Assembly: GCF_009914755.1 (NCBI RefSeq)
Contig: NC_060936.1
Length of the DNA stretch: 64,000 nt
Direction: 5' to 3' (one strand)
Origin: the human T2T-CHM13v2.0 reference genome, Homo sapiens
Part shown: positions 17,155-29,954 of the stretch, one piece after another
Layout of the letters: every line of letters begins with the position of its first letter
Position numbering within the stretch: position 1 is the first letter of the stretch
Position numbers and translations under genes: made by a program
Notes under the pieces: generated by a model
The model's database searches: none
Told to the model about the DNA's origin: nothing
Seen by the model: only the letters and a program-made list of their open reading frames with translations

Positions 17155-17351
17155 TTAAAAATAACTTTATTGAGGTATAATTGATGTATCAAAAATCTGC
17201 ACATGTTTAATGTACACAATTTCATCAATTTGGACATGCACATCTACCTGTGAAATGGTCATTACAATCAAGGTAACAAGAAGACCCGTCACCTCCCAAA
17301 GTTTACTTATGTCCTTTTGTGGGTTTTGTTCTGTTTTGTTTTTTGGGTTTT

Positions 17352-17394
<43 letters not shown>

Positions 17395-17957
17395 TAAGAA
17401 CACTTAACATGAGATCCACCCCCTTAACACTAGTTTTAAGTGCATAACACCCTATTATTAATACAGACCCAGGGTTGGACAGCAGATCTCTAGAACATAC
17501 GTATTCACCTGGCATGACTGAAACTTTACACCCATTGAGCGACATCTCTTCATTCCCCCTCCCCCAGTCGCTGGCACCCACCATTTCCTTCTCTGCCTCT
17601 ATGAGTTGCATTGTTTCAGAGACCACCTATGAATGGAATCATGCAGCGTTTTTCCCTCTGTGCTTGGTGTATTTTGCATAGTATAGGGTCCTCCAGGTTC
17701 ATCCATATTGTCACAAATGGTAGGAGTTCCTTCTTTATGACTGAGTAATATTCTACTGTGTGTATCTACCATTTTTCTTTATGTATTCATCTGTCCATGG
17801 ACACTTAGACTGTTTTCATATTTTGGTTGTTGTGAGTAACCCAGCAATAAATATAGGTGTGCAGATAACTCTTCTACATACTGATTTGATTTCCTTTGGA
17901 TATACCTCCAGAAGTGGGATTGCTGGATCACATGGTAGTTTTATTTTTTATTTTTAA
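17155..17957 (-). mobile_element. L1MA/MB 3' region containing a (TG)n microsatellite (~17356-17392)
   Basis: CTTTATTGAGGTATAATTGA...CCAGAAGTGGGATTGCTGGATCA antisense L1 motifs. Confidence 0.8.
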
Positions 17958-18039
17958 GGTCTTCTTTTGCAAGGTTTGTTGATTTTCCAAGAGGATTGTG
18001 AGAAATCCTCCCCACAGCCTACAATCCCCACAGGAACAG

Positions 18040-18230
18040 TACCTAACATTGTGGAGTGTTCACCATGTGCTCAGGAGCTCCTTAAGTCATCCCGAAAGCT
18101 CTGTATGGTAGCAGGCATTACTCCCATTCGCAGATGAGAAAGTCAAGGCTCAGAAGAGTAAAGTCATTCACCCAAAAATCACACAGCTTGTAAGGAGCTG
18201 CCATGGGGCTTGACCTCAGTCTATCTGATC
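18040..18230 (-). mobile_element. MIR
   Basis: CCCATTCGCAGATGAGAAAGTCAAGGCTCAGA. Confidence 0.65.
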
Positions 18231-18355
18231 TCCTTCCCCCTCCCTCAGATGACTGCAGAAGCTGAGAGACCAGCTGAGAGGCTGTATTTATAGTGTAAGC
18301 CTCTGTATTTACCACAATCTTTTCTAAATTGTTTTTGCTGTTCTCTTTTTTAAGT

Positions 18356-18462
18356 GGTTTTTATTTTATTTTTAGAGATGGGGTCTTGCTACATTGCCCG
18401 GGCTGGCCTGGAACTCGTGGGCTCCAGGAATCCTCCTGCTTCAGCCTCCTGAGTAACTGGAT
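18356..18462 (-). mobile_element. Alu monomer fragment (FLAM-like)
   Basis: TAGAGATGGGGTCTTGCTACATTGCCCGGGCTGG...CAGCCTCCTGAGTAACTGG. Confidence 0.75.
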
Positions 18463-19229
18463 ACCGTCTCATTTTTAAGGCATCTCCCCCATGTTCCTCT
18501 CGCCACGATACAAACCTGCTTCTGGGAAGCACTGCAGATAAAATGAGGCCTGCTCTGCTACAAACAGCCCAGTGGGATCCCACAGTTGGCACAGCAGAAG
18601 CTCCCAGAACAGAACTTTGCTGAGTTCAACTGCGAATATTTGTCTTTCTGTGACCTAATTTCTCTGCAGCCTTGCATATCTAGGTAGGAACCCTGGGACT
18701 TTCAGAATCAGCAAAAGAAAATGTCAGCCATAATTTGGGGGCTGATTTTAATTGAGATTATTTATGCATAGAGAGACACCATGGGAAACATGAGAGTGCT
18801 TTCATTTTCTGCAAAACCTCTAGAAGCTTCCAGTTCTGCATGGGAAGCCTGACCCTGTGTGTTTGTCTTCACTTCTGCAGAGGTTGGGGTAAAGAACTGG
18901 ACTGGATAACCCTCTTAGCTCTGTGAGTGACTGAAGGCTAAATAATGAGTCATCATCTCCTTTCCTGACACCTGCTCAGTGCTCTACAGCTTATAAAATG
19001 CTTTCACATATTTGGTCTTGTTTTGTCTTTCTTGGTGTCAGTCATGGAAAATCCCCCTTCCAGGCAAACATCATCAGTATCCCCCAAAATAGGATTGTGT
19101 AATCCTGGGGCACCTAACCAGAGGAAGTCAGAGTAAAAACTAGCAAGAATTTCCAGAAATTAGAGCTGCCCTGGTTTGGTAAATCTGTAAGATCAAAGTT
19201 TGCTGAACCCTATTGAGTTTCATTTCCAC

Positions 19230-19460
19230 AGTGATAATAATTAACAGTTCCTCAGTGCTGGCACCATGCTAAGTGCTTCATGTTCATTATTTCGTTTAAT
19301 CCTCATAGCATCTGTTTCAGCGGTGTCTGAACCTATATTATCTTCATTTTACGGGTGAGGGCATTGAGGCCTGAAGGCAGAGCTAATATACCCTGGTCAC
19401 ACAGCTTGGAAAGGTGGTTACGGAATTTAAACCTATGTATCTCTGGCTCCAGGGTTTATC
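19230..19460 (-). mobile_element. MIR
   Basis: CATTATTTCGTTTAATCCTCA...CATTTTACGGGTGAGG...GGTCACACAGC. Confidence 0.65.
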
Positions 19461-19523
19461 TTTTGACTGGCACACCTTAAATTGGAAAATATTTATAGTA
19501 AAAGGGTGGAGAAGAGGAGGAGA

Positions 19524-20262
19524 ATGATAATGGCATTGATGATAGTTGTGGTGGTTATAATGACTGTAAGGCTGCTGGTGGTGATGGTGATTATGATGGT
19601 GCTGATGGTAATGATGGTAGTGATGATGATGATGATGGTGATGGTGGTGATGAAGAGGAGAATGGTGATGATGGTGGTGGTGATGGTGGTGATGGTGATG
19701 ATGGTGGTGATGGTGATGGTGGTGATGGTGATGATGGTGGTGATGGTGATGGTGGTGATGGTGATGATGGTGGTGATGGTGATGGTGGTGATGATGATGG
19801 TGGTGATGGTGATGGTGGTGATGATGATGGTGATAATGACAATGGTGATGATGATGATGGTGATATGATGATGATGATGATGGTGTTGATAATGACAGTG
19901 GTGATGATGATGATGGTGTTAATGACAATGGTGATGATGATGGTGATGGTGGTGATGGTGATGATGGTGGTGATGGTGATGGTGGGGTGATGATGATGGT
20001 GATGATAATGACAATGGTGATGATGATGGTGATAATGATGATGGTGATGATGATGATGGTGTTGATAATGACAATGGTGATGATGATGATGGTGATGATG
20101 GTATGATGGTGATGATGGTGATGATGTTGGTATTGGTGATGAAGATGATGATGGTGATAATGGTAGTGGTAAAGATGACAATGATGATGGTGATGATGAT
20201 GATAATAATGATGGCAAGAATGATGGTGATGATAATCATGGTCATGGTCATGGTAATAGTGG
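19524..20262. repeat. Compound (GAT/GGT)n trinucleotide low-complexity tract, ~740 bp
   Basis: Near-continuous GAT/GGT/AAT triplets; source of the poly-His and poly-Val/Met pseudo-ORFs. Confidence 0.95.
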
Positions 20263-20483
20263 TGACATCATGTTTGAGAATAGCCAAAAATCAGATCTGA
20301 TAAATGAGAAAATTGGAGAAAGAGAATGGCATTTTTGACCCAAAAGAAGGTGACAATAAATTGAAGGGATTGACTTCTTTCCTTTCTTGTGTTCATAAAT
20401 TAACTCTGAGAGCAGTTCCCAAAGGTGGACAGCCATAATATGTCAAACATGGATACCTATGGGAATAGACTGCGGTCTTCCAG

Positions 20484-20595
20484 TAGGCTGACCAACCATC
20501 CCTGTTCACCTGAAACTGAGGAGGTTTCTGGGATGTGGGACTCCCAGTTTTAAAACTGGGACATCTGGGAAAAACAAGATGAATTTGTCATCCTT
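20484..20595. mobile_element. MER81-like hAT MITE
   Basis: TGACCAACCATCCC...ACTGAGGAGGTTTCTGGGA...TGTCATCCT, imperfect terminal inverted repeats. Confidence 0.55.
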
Positions 20596-21074
20596 CCTCC
20601 CAAATTGACTTTGGGGTTACAAACAGGATGTGTAAGTCCACTGTGGCTATGTTAATACCATTTTCTTGCTTTACAAGTGAAGACTGTTACATGGAAGAAG
20701 TTCTTTGTCAGAATCTTAAGATGAATTTTGTTGTTGTTCATACTTATTGTTTGGGAGATTTCACACAAATAAATCCAGATTCCTGACTTAAAGAATGAAA
20801 ATATCTGGCAACTCACAGACCACAAGACAGAAATCAGCAAGGCCTATTGGAGGCTGCATCCCTGCTAGCTTTGGATCAGGCGTGGGCTGGGGTTTACAAT
20901 AATTTCTACAAAGTCCATTTCACCTCCTTGCTTTGCCTGCCCAACCTCTGTAAGCATTTCAATTAAAATAATGTGTGTAATTAGCACAGGGTTTGGCACT
21001 TGGGAAGTACTCAGAGATATAGCCATTTTAATTTATGATTTCTGCTTAGTAGCTCTCAGTTCAAGAGTACTGCA

Positions 21075-21745
21075 GTCACTCAGCAATAAAAATGAAGCAC
21101 TGATGCTTGCTGCAGCATGGATGAGACTTGAAAACATTATCCTAAGTAAAAGAAACCAGTCACAAAAGACCACATGCTGTATGATTCCATTTATGTGAGA
21201 TTACAGAAGGGGTAAATCCACAGAGACAAAAAGGAGCTTAGTGGCCGCCCAGGGCTGGGAGGGACTGGGGGCAACTCACAACTAAAGTGTGCAGAGTTTC
21301 TTTTGGGGGTGATGAAAATGTTCTGAAGTTGATTGTAGAGATGACTGCACAACTCTGAGAATCTACTAAAAACCATTGAATTATATATTTTAAATGAGTG
21401 AGCCAGGCTCAGTGGTTCATGCCTGTAATCCCAACACTTTGGGAGGCGGAGGCGGGCAGATCACTTGAACCCAGGAGTTCAAGACCTAGGTAACATGGCA
21501 AAACCTCTACAAAAAATTTAAAAATTAGTAAGGTGTAGTGACACAAACCTGTAGTTCCAGCTACTGGGGAGGCTGAGGTAGGAGGATCACTTGAGCCCAA
21601 CAGGTTGGGCCGCAGTGAGCCATGATTACAGCACTGCACTGCAGCCTGGGTGACAGAGCAAGAAGACCCTTTATCACACACACGCACACACACACAGTGA
21701 GTGGATTGTATAGTATGTGCGTTGTATCTCAATAAAACTGTTTTC
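21075..21745 (+). mobile_element. L1MB-type 3' end split by an AluJ
   Basis: CTTGAAAACATTATCCTAAGTAAAAGAAACCAG...TATCTCAATAAAACTG. Confidence 0.75.
21402..21696 (+). mobile_element. AluJ-like with a CA-repeat tail
   Basis: Alu dimer ending in (CA)n instead of poly-A. Confidence 0.88.
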
Positions 21746-22099
21746 TAAAAGTGTGCTGCAGGCTAGCTTGGTTTCCAGTACAAATGCCACACTTGCTGAT
21801 GAGAAAAGGGCTGAAGAGATGAAGAGAAAAACACAGGAGGTTCCCAGAGGGAGGAGTGCAATAGCCCGTGGTTGGAATGCAGAGTCAGGAGATGAATGCT
21901 CAGATCTGGGTCCTGACACTAGACGGTGCCCCCTTCACACAACTCCCCAGGCCTCCTCAGCCTTCAGGCCTCATTTGTGCCCTTGTCCCTGCATGAACAC
22001 ACTTCCATCATCTTCCCCACAGATCCATGTCCAGCATCTCCCTCAATAACACTAAGACAACAACTGCAGACATGTCCCCCCAGTGTCCCTGTGAGATCT

Positions 22100-22550
22100 G
22101 GAGTGGGTTGGGTTGTGTCCCTCAAAGAGGTATGTCCAAGTCTTAACACCACGTACCTGTAAATATGACCTTGCTTGGAAATAGGGTCTTTGCCGAAGTG
22201 ATTAAGTGAAGGATCAAGATGAGATCATAGTGGATTAGGGTGATCTCTAAATCCAATGGCAAGTGTCCTCATAAGAGACAGAAAAGGAGGAAACACAGAG
22301 AGCACTGTGGGAAGAGGGAGGCAGAGATTGGAGTGAGGTTGCTGCAAGCCAAGGATCACCAAAGACTCCTGCAACCACCAGCAGCTGGAAGAGGCAAGGA
22401 AGAAACCTCCCCGGGGTCTTCAGAGTGAGCGTGACCCCACCAACACCTTGATCGTGGACCTCCAGCCGCAGAACCTTGAGAGAATAAACTTCTGTTACTC
22501 AAGCCATCAAGTCTGTGGTCATGCGTTATAGCAGCCACGGGAAACTAATC
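22100..22550 (+). mobile_element. MaLR LTR (MLT1B/C-like)
   Basis: GGAAATAGGGTCTTTGC...GAGAATAAACTTCTGTT...GGAAACTAAT. Confidence 0.8.
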
Positions 22551-22572
22551 TAAAATTGGTATTATTTTCCCG

Positions 22573-23168
<596 letters not shown>

Positions 23169-23184
23169 TAAAGGGAAGGAAGTT

Positions 23185-23576
23185 CATATGGTTTAGATGT
23201 TTGTCCCCTCCAAATCTCATGCTGCAATGTGATCCCCAGCATTGGAGGTGGGGCCTGATGGGAAGTATTTGGGTCATGGGGACCGATCCCTCATGAATGT
23301 CTTGATATCCTTCTGGTGGTAATGAGTTCATGCAAGACCTGGTTGTTAAAGAGTCTGAGACGTCCGCTTCTCTCTCTTGCTCCCTCTCTCGCCATGTGAT
23401 GCCAACCTTCCTTTGCCTTCCTCCCTGAATAAAAGCTTTCTGAGGCTTCCCCAGAGGCAGATGCCAGCACTGTGCTTCTTGTACAGCCTGCAGAACCATG
23501 AACCAATTAAACCTCTTGTCTTTATAAGTTACTCAGCCTCAGATAATCCTTTATGGCAATGCAAAGTAAACTAAAA
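23185..23576 (+). mobile_element. MST-family MaLR LTR
   Basis: TATGGTTTAGATGTTTGTCCCCTCCAAATCTCATG...GTACAGCCTGCAGAACCATGAACCAATTAAACCTCTT. Confidence 0.85.
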
Positions 23577-24784
23577 GAGAAGCGGAGGCACAGAACGGTT
23601 AAGTAATTTGCCAAGGACACACAACTCAGAAGCAGCAGGCTGTGGTTGGAATCCAGCGAACTGGCTTCCAAGTGTGTGCTGTTCACCTGTGCTGCACCAG
23701 CTGGGCCAGTGGGCAGAGACTGAGGAGAGTTTTCGCAAGTGTCCTAAAGCAGGGGGCAGGAAATGTTTGTGTCTTCTGATGCCCGGGTCTCTTCTTATCA
23801 TTGTAGCGATCTCTCACTGACTTCAGAGAATGCTTTCTTGAATTTGCCAGAAAAACCATGGCGTCGACGCACCAGTTCACTTCCCCTTAATCACTTCAAA
23901 GAAAGAGACAAGATCCTCTTTTTCTTTCCCCAGAGGCTTTTATTTGTCCAATATGTCAGTAACACCACGTGGGACAAGGGATTTCAGGACCGGATTACCG
24001 CTTGTGCTTCTCAAAATTAAATCTGCAAAGCTGGGCTGAGACACAGGAAACTGGAAAATGTCTCCACTAATTTGCAAAAGGTTTGAATTAATCCAAGAGA
24101 TCAACCCAGGGCCGCAAGGGAGGCCCCTGGCTGCTGCTGTCTGGGCATACCCATTTGATGTGGACCTCACGTTCTGGCGGATACTCCCAGACTCCTCAGC
24201 AGACATGCTCGTTAACAATTGAGGAGGTAACGAAACCTCGGCTGAGGAACTTGGCTCACCGAGAGCAGAGAAAAACTGGCCAGAGAGCAGCGGCAAGTCA
24301 CATGCTCAGCTGACAGCATCACACACGTCCATTTGGGGCCCCAAAAATCTCAGTATTCGGACACTGTATTTGCTGGGATAGACAACGGGCAGATTTTTAA
24401 AAATCCATTTTTACAGGGAAATTTGGGAGGAGAGAGAAGTACATCTAATTATATGTGTTTTGATCATTTAAATTGTTGATAATATAAAACATGTTATTGT
24501 TTTGTTTGCTACGTCAAGCTGCTTCCAACTGCTCTCGTTTTCTTTAGATTTTCACTTATTTTATTTTTATTTTTTGGTTGATGATAAGCCAGAATGCCTC
24601 CTTTTCATCCTATTATCTGGTTCTTTTCAAATTTTCCAACATAAAGATTAAGTATGATGTTACAGTAATGGCTCGATGAACTTGAGCCAAAAAAAAGCAA
24701 GGTCTAAATATAATATTAGAAAATGGATTTGAGCCCAAACCTACAATAGAAATTAATTGAAATCTGAAATGGTAGATAAATTAA

Positions 24785-25545
24785 AATGGTCAATATCATT
24801 AGTCATGGGGGAACTGCAAATTAAAGCCACAATGAAATATCGCTTCCCATGCACGACAAAAGCTAAGATGGAAACAGTGGCCAATACCAAGTGTTGGTGT
24901 GGATGTGGGGAACTGGAACCTGCATGCGCTGGTGGTGGGAATGCAGTAGGGTGACAAAGAGTTGTTGGAAAACAATTTGCCAGTTTCTTAATAGGTGAAA
25001 TGTATGCTTGTCATACAACCCGGAAATTCTGCTCTCAGGAAGCTAAACATTTGTCCACATGGAGATAGGAAGGGAAATGTTATCATGCAACATTATTCAT
25101 AATCTCCAAAACCCAAAATCAATCCATGTGTCCTTTAACTGGGGAAAGAATAAACAAATTTGTGGGTAGCCAAAGAATAAAACATGATTTGGCAATCAAA
25201 TAGAACAATAAGTAAAAATAAATCAAATACATGAAAAACTATTTGGCCATAAAGAAACCACTGGGATGAAGTAAGTGAAGCGTTTAAAAATTACATATTG
25301 TAGAATTCCATTTAGATGAACTTTCTAAAAAAGGCAAAACTATAGGGACAGAAAGCAGGATCAGTGATCGCTGGGGGCTGGATTTTGAAGCACATATTAA
25401 TTGCAAATAGCACAAGGGACTTTCTGCATAACGGTGTTCCAAAACTGGATTGTGGTACAGGCTACACAATTGTATAAAATTACTAAACTCCATGGCACTA
25501 TACGCTTAAATTGTTAAGTTTTATGGCATGTATATTTCCCCTCAG
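24785..25545 (+). mobile_element. Old L1M (ME/MC-like) fragments
   Basis: GCAAATTAAAGCCACAATGAAATA, GCTGGTGGTGGGAATG, GAATTCCATTTAGATG. Confidence 0.65.
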
Positions 25546-25686
25546 TAGGGCTCTGGAGGTGTTGACAATATGAGAGGAGTAAAGTCCGTTTTCCTCTGGT
25601 CAGGTGTGTGAGCTGCAGCTTGTTCTTTGTTCAGAAAAGTCCGCGACAGGTAAGATGTTTGCTGGGACGCGTTGTGCTGCCAGTCT

Positions 25687-25705
25687 CTGCCACAAGAGGG
25701 CGGTG
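25687..25705 (+). promoter_or_regulatory. Candidate CTCF binding motif
   Basis: CTGCCACAAGAGGGCGGTG closely fits the CCASYAGRKGGCRS core and lies in a small CpG cluster; motif match only. Confidence 0.55.
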
Positions 25706-26496
25706 CCATCTATTATTTAAGTGGCAGGTGCTGGGCTTTCAACCTGTGGTTAGGGTCAAGTAGGATTCATGGGGTTTGGGGGCGAACAGCGTTGAAAGGG
25801 AGAATGAGTCCTCTGTGCTGAGAGCTGCAGTGGAACTAATGGGGCACTGAGATTGTGAACCTCCTGGCCTTCACTGAAACAGATCAGAGGCGACCCTGAG
25901 GGGGGACTCCTGGCCGCACTGGAGAAAGCCTGGGAAACTAGATGTGGTTGTGCCCAAGCCACCGTCTGTGGAGGGTCTGGGTGGACTATGGCGCTGTGGC
26001 TTTTCAGAACCAGTACGGCCTCTCTCCTCCAGAGCCCTCTCTCACGGCCTTGCCACAGCCAGGGATGGGCACCACCCAGGCTGGGCCAACTGGGTCTTTC
26101 TGATTCTTGACTGGCGATGCAAGGACAGAACAGAAGCCACCTGGCATCCCCTCGCCAGCATCTTCCTACCAAGACGTGGAGAAGCCCTCACTGCCCAGGC
26201 CCAGTCATGGCACCTGACCGCCAATTCTGTGGGGCACCCGAGATCCTTCCAGCACATTCTTCTCTCGCTTGAGTTATCCAGATTTCGTTTCTATGGTCAC
26301 ACCCCCAAATCCTCACTTGATGAAAGCTTTCTATGATTTTATGGGCACCAAGAAAACCAGCCTCCAAATTCTCTCTCCTGATAGCCTATGGATGTTGACT
26401 CAAGCCACCATTGCTAGCTCATCCCTCTCTTGGAAGTGTTTCTCTCTACCTGTGGTTCCTTTGAGATGCCAGTGCCCCAGCAGGGGCCCCCTTTGG

Positions 26497-29400
26497 GCTC
26501 AGTCCATCAGCGTTGGATGGGAGTGTGTTTAGCTCAGTCCATCAGCGTTGGATGAGTGTGTTTACTGGAGTCCATCGGCGTGGGATATGAATGTGTTTAC
26601 TAGAGTCCATCGGCTTTGGATGTGAGTGTGTCTACTGGAGTCCATCAGTGCTGGATGTGAGTGTGTTTACTGGAGTCTATCAGTGCTGGATGTGAGTGTG
26701 TTTACTGGAGTCCATCAGTGCTGGATGTGAGTGTGTTTACTGGAGTCCATCGGCTTTGGATGTGAGTGTGTTTACTGGAGTCCATCAGTGTTGGATGAGT
26801 GTGTTTCCTGGAGTCCATCAGCATTGGATATGAGTGTTTAGCTCAGTTCATCAGCATTGGATGAGTGTGTTTACTGGAACCTATCAGCATTGGATGTGAG
26901 TGTGTTTAGCTCAGTCCATCAGTATTGGATGAGTGTGTTTACTGGAGTCCATCAGCATTGGATATGAGTGTGTTTACTGGAGTCCATCAGTGTTGGATGT
27001 GAGTGTGTTTACTGGAGTCCGTCAGCGTTGGATTTGAGTGTGTTTACTAGATCCCATCAACTTTCAATATGAGTGTGTTCACTGGAGTCCATCAGCGTTG
27101 GATGTGAGTGTGTTCACTAGATCCCATCAGTGTTGGATGTGAGTGTGTTTACTGGAGTCCATCAGCGTTGGATGTGAGTGTGTTTACTAGATCCCATCAG
27201 TGTTGGATGTGAGTGTGTTCACTAGATCCCATCAGTGTTGGATGTGAGTGTGTTTACTGGAGTCCATCAGCGCTGGATGTGAGTGTGTTTACTGGAGTCC
27301 ATCAGCGCTGGATGTGAGTGTGTTTACTGGAGTCCATCAGCATTGGATATGAGTGTGTTTACTGGAGTCCATCAGCGTTGGATGAGTGTGTTTACTGGAG
27401 TCCATCAGCGCTGGATGTGAGTGTGTTTAGCTCAGTCCATCAGCGTTGGATGAGTGTGTTTACTGGAGTCCATCGGCGTTGGATGTGAGTGTGTTTAGCT
27501 CAGTCCATCAGCGTTGGATTAGTGTGTTTACTAGAGTCCATCAGCATTGGATATGAGTGTGTTTACCAGAGTCCATCAGCATTGGATGAGTGTGTTTACT
27601 GGAGTCCATCGGCATTGGATGTGAGTGTGTTTAGCTCAGTCCATCAGCATTGGATGAATGTGTTTACTGGAGTCCATCAGTGTTGGATGTGTGTTTACTG
27701 GAGTCCATCAGTGTTGGATGTGTGTTTACTGGAGTCCATCGGCGTTGGATGTGAGTGTGTTTACTGGAGTCCATCAGCATTGGATGTGAGTGTGTTTACT
27801 GGAGTCCATCAGCGTTGGATGTGAGTGTGTTTACTGGAGTGCATCAGCGTTGGATGTGAGTGTGTTTACTAGATCCCATCAGCGTTGGATGTGAGTGTGT
27901 TTACTAGATCCCATCAGTGTTGGATGTGAGTGTGTTTACTGGAGTCCATCAGCGTTGGATGTGAGTGTGTTTACTGGAGTCCATCAGCGTTGGATGTGTG
28001 TTTACTAGATCCCATCAGCGTTGGATGTGAGTGTGTTTACTAGATCCCATCAGTGTTGGATGTGAGTGTGTTTACTGGAGCCCATCAGCATTGGATGTGA
28101 GTGTGTTTACTAGAGTCCATCAGCGTTGGATGTGAGTGTGTTTACTAGATCCCATCAGCATTGGATATGAGTGTGTTTACTAGATCCCATCAGCATTGGA
28201 TGAGTGTGTTTACTAGCCCCTATCAGCGTTGGATGTGAGTTTACTAGAGTCCATCAGCATTGGATATGAGTGTGCTTACTAGATCCCATCAATGTTGGAT
28301 ATGAGTGTGTTTACTGGGGTCCATCAGCGTTTGATGTGAGTGTGTTTACTAGATCCCATCAGCATTGGATGTGAGTGTGTTTACTAGAGTCCATGAGCGT
28401 TGGATGTGAGTGTGTTTACCAGATGCCATCAACGTTAAATATGAGTGTGTTTACTGGAGTCCATCAGCGTTGGATGTGAGTGTGTTTGCTAGATCCCATC
28501 AGTGTTGGATGTGAGTGTGTTCACTAGATCCCATCAGCGTTGGATGTGAGTGTGTTTACTGGAGTCCATTAGCATTGGAAGTGAGTGTGTTTACTGGAGT
28601 CCATCGGCATTTGATGTGAGTGTGTTTACTAGATCCCATCAGCATTGGATGTGAGTGTGTTTACTGGAGTCCATTAGCGTTGGATGTGAGTGTGTTTAGC
28701 TCAGTCCATCAGCATTGGATGAGTGTGTTTACTGGAGTCCATTGGCGTTGGATGTGAGTGTGTTTAGCTCAGTCCATCAGCGTTGGATGAGTGTGTTTAC
28801 TAGAGTCCATCAGCATTGGATGTGAGTGTGTTTACTGGAGTCCATCAGCATTTGATGTGAGTGTGTTTACTAGATCCCATCAGCATTGGATGTGAGTGTG
28901 TTTACTGGAGTCCATTAGCGTTGGATGTGAGTGTGTTTACCAGATGCCATCAACGTTAAATATGAGTGTGTTTACTGGAGTCCATCAGCGTTGGATGTGA
29001 GTGTGTTTACTAGATCCCATCAGTGTTGGATGTGGGTGTGTTTACTGGAGTCCATCAGCGTTGGATATGAGTGTGTTTACTGGAGTCCATTAGCATTGGA
29101 AGTGAGTGTGTTTACTGGAGTCCATCAGCATTGGATATGAGCGTGTTTACTGGAGTCCATCAGCGTTGGATGAGTGTGTTTACTAGATCCCATCAGTGTT
29201 GGATGTGAGTGTGTTTACTGGAGTCCATCAGCGTTGGATATGAGTGTGTTTACTGGAGTCCATCAGCATTGGATATGAGTGTGTTTACTGGAGTCTGTCA
29301 GCGTTGGATGAGTGTGTTTACTGGAGTCCATCAGCATTGGATGAGTGTGTTTACTGGAGTCCATCAGCACTGGATGTGAGTGTGTTTAGCTCAGTCCATC

Positions 29401-29872
29401 AGCGTTGGATGAGTGTGTTTACTGGAGTCCATCGGCGTTGGATGTGAGTGTGTTTACTGGAGTCCATCAGCATTGGATGTGAGTGTGTTTAGCTCAGTCC
29501 ATCAGCGTTGGATGAGTGTGTTTACTGGAGTCCATTGGCGTTGGATGTGAGTGTGTTTAGCTCAGTCCATCAGCGTTGGATGAGTGTGTTTACTAGAGTC
29601 CATCAGCATTGGATGTGAGTGTGTTTACTGGAGTCCATCAGCATTGGATGAGTGTGTTTACTGGAGTCCATCAGCATTGGATATGGGTGTGTTTACTGGA
29701 GTCCATCAGCATTGGATGAGTGTGTTTACTGGAGTCCATCAGCGTAGGATGTGAGTGTGTTTAGCTCAGTCCATCAGCATTGGATAAGTATGTTTACTGG
29801 AGTCCATCAGCATTGGATGTCAGTGTGTTTATTGGAGTCCATCAGCATTGTATGTGAGTGTGTTTACTGGAG
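26497..29872. repeat. Large minisatellite (VNTR), 35-bp unit (33-bp variant), roughly 97 copies
   Basis: Consensus GGATGTGAGTGTGTTTACTGGAGTCCATCAGCGTT; variant cores ACTGGAGTCC, AGCTCAGTCC, ACTAGATCCC; copy number estimated from length/unit. Confidence 0.97.
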
Positions 29873-29954
29873 AACTCCATCGTGTCCAGGTGATTGCCAG
29901 CCTGGCTCTCGTGGTGATTTATCAGCAGCTCTCCAGCTAGCTCCCACAACAGAC

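Noticed and set aside
19383-20300. Poly-His, Ser/Pro-rich and Val/Met-rich ORFs up to 208 aa
   Set aside because: Translations of the GAT/GGT tract, open in several frames on both strands, with no gene structure.
26497-29872. CRISPR-like array (35-bp periodicity, internal TCCA/TGGA dyads)
   Set aside because: Units are contiguous with no unique spacers, there are no cas genes, and the context is a primate intron. It is a minisatellite.
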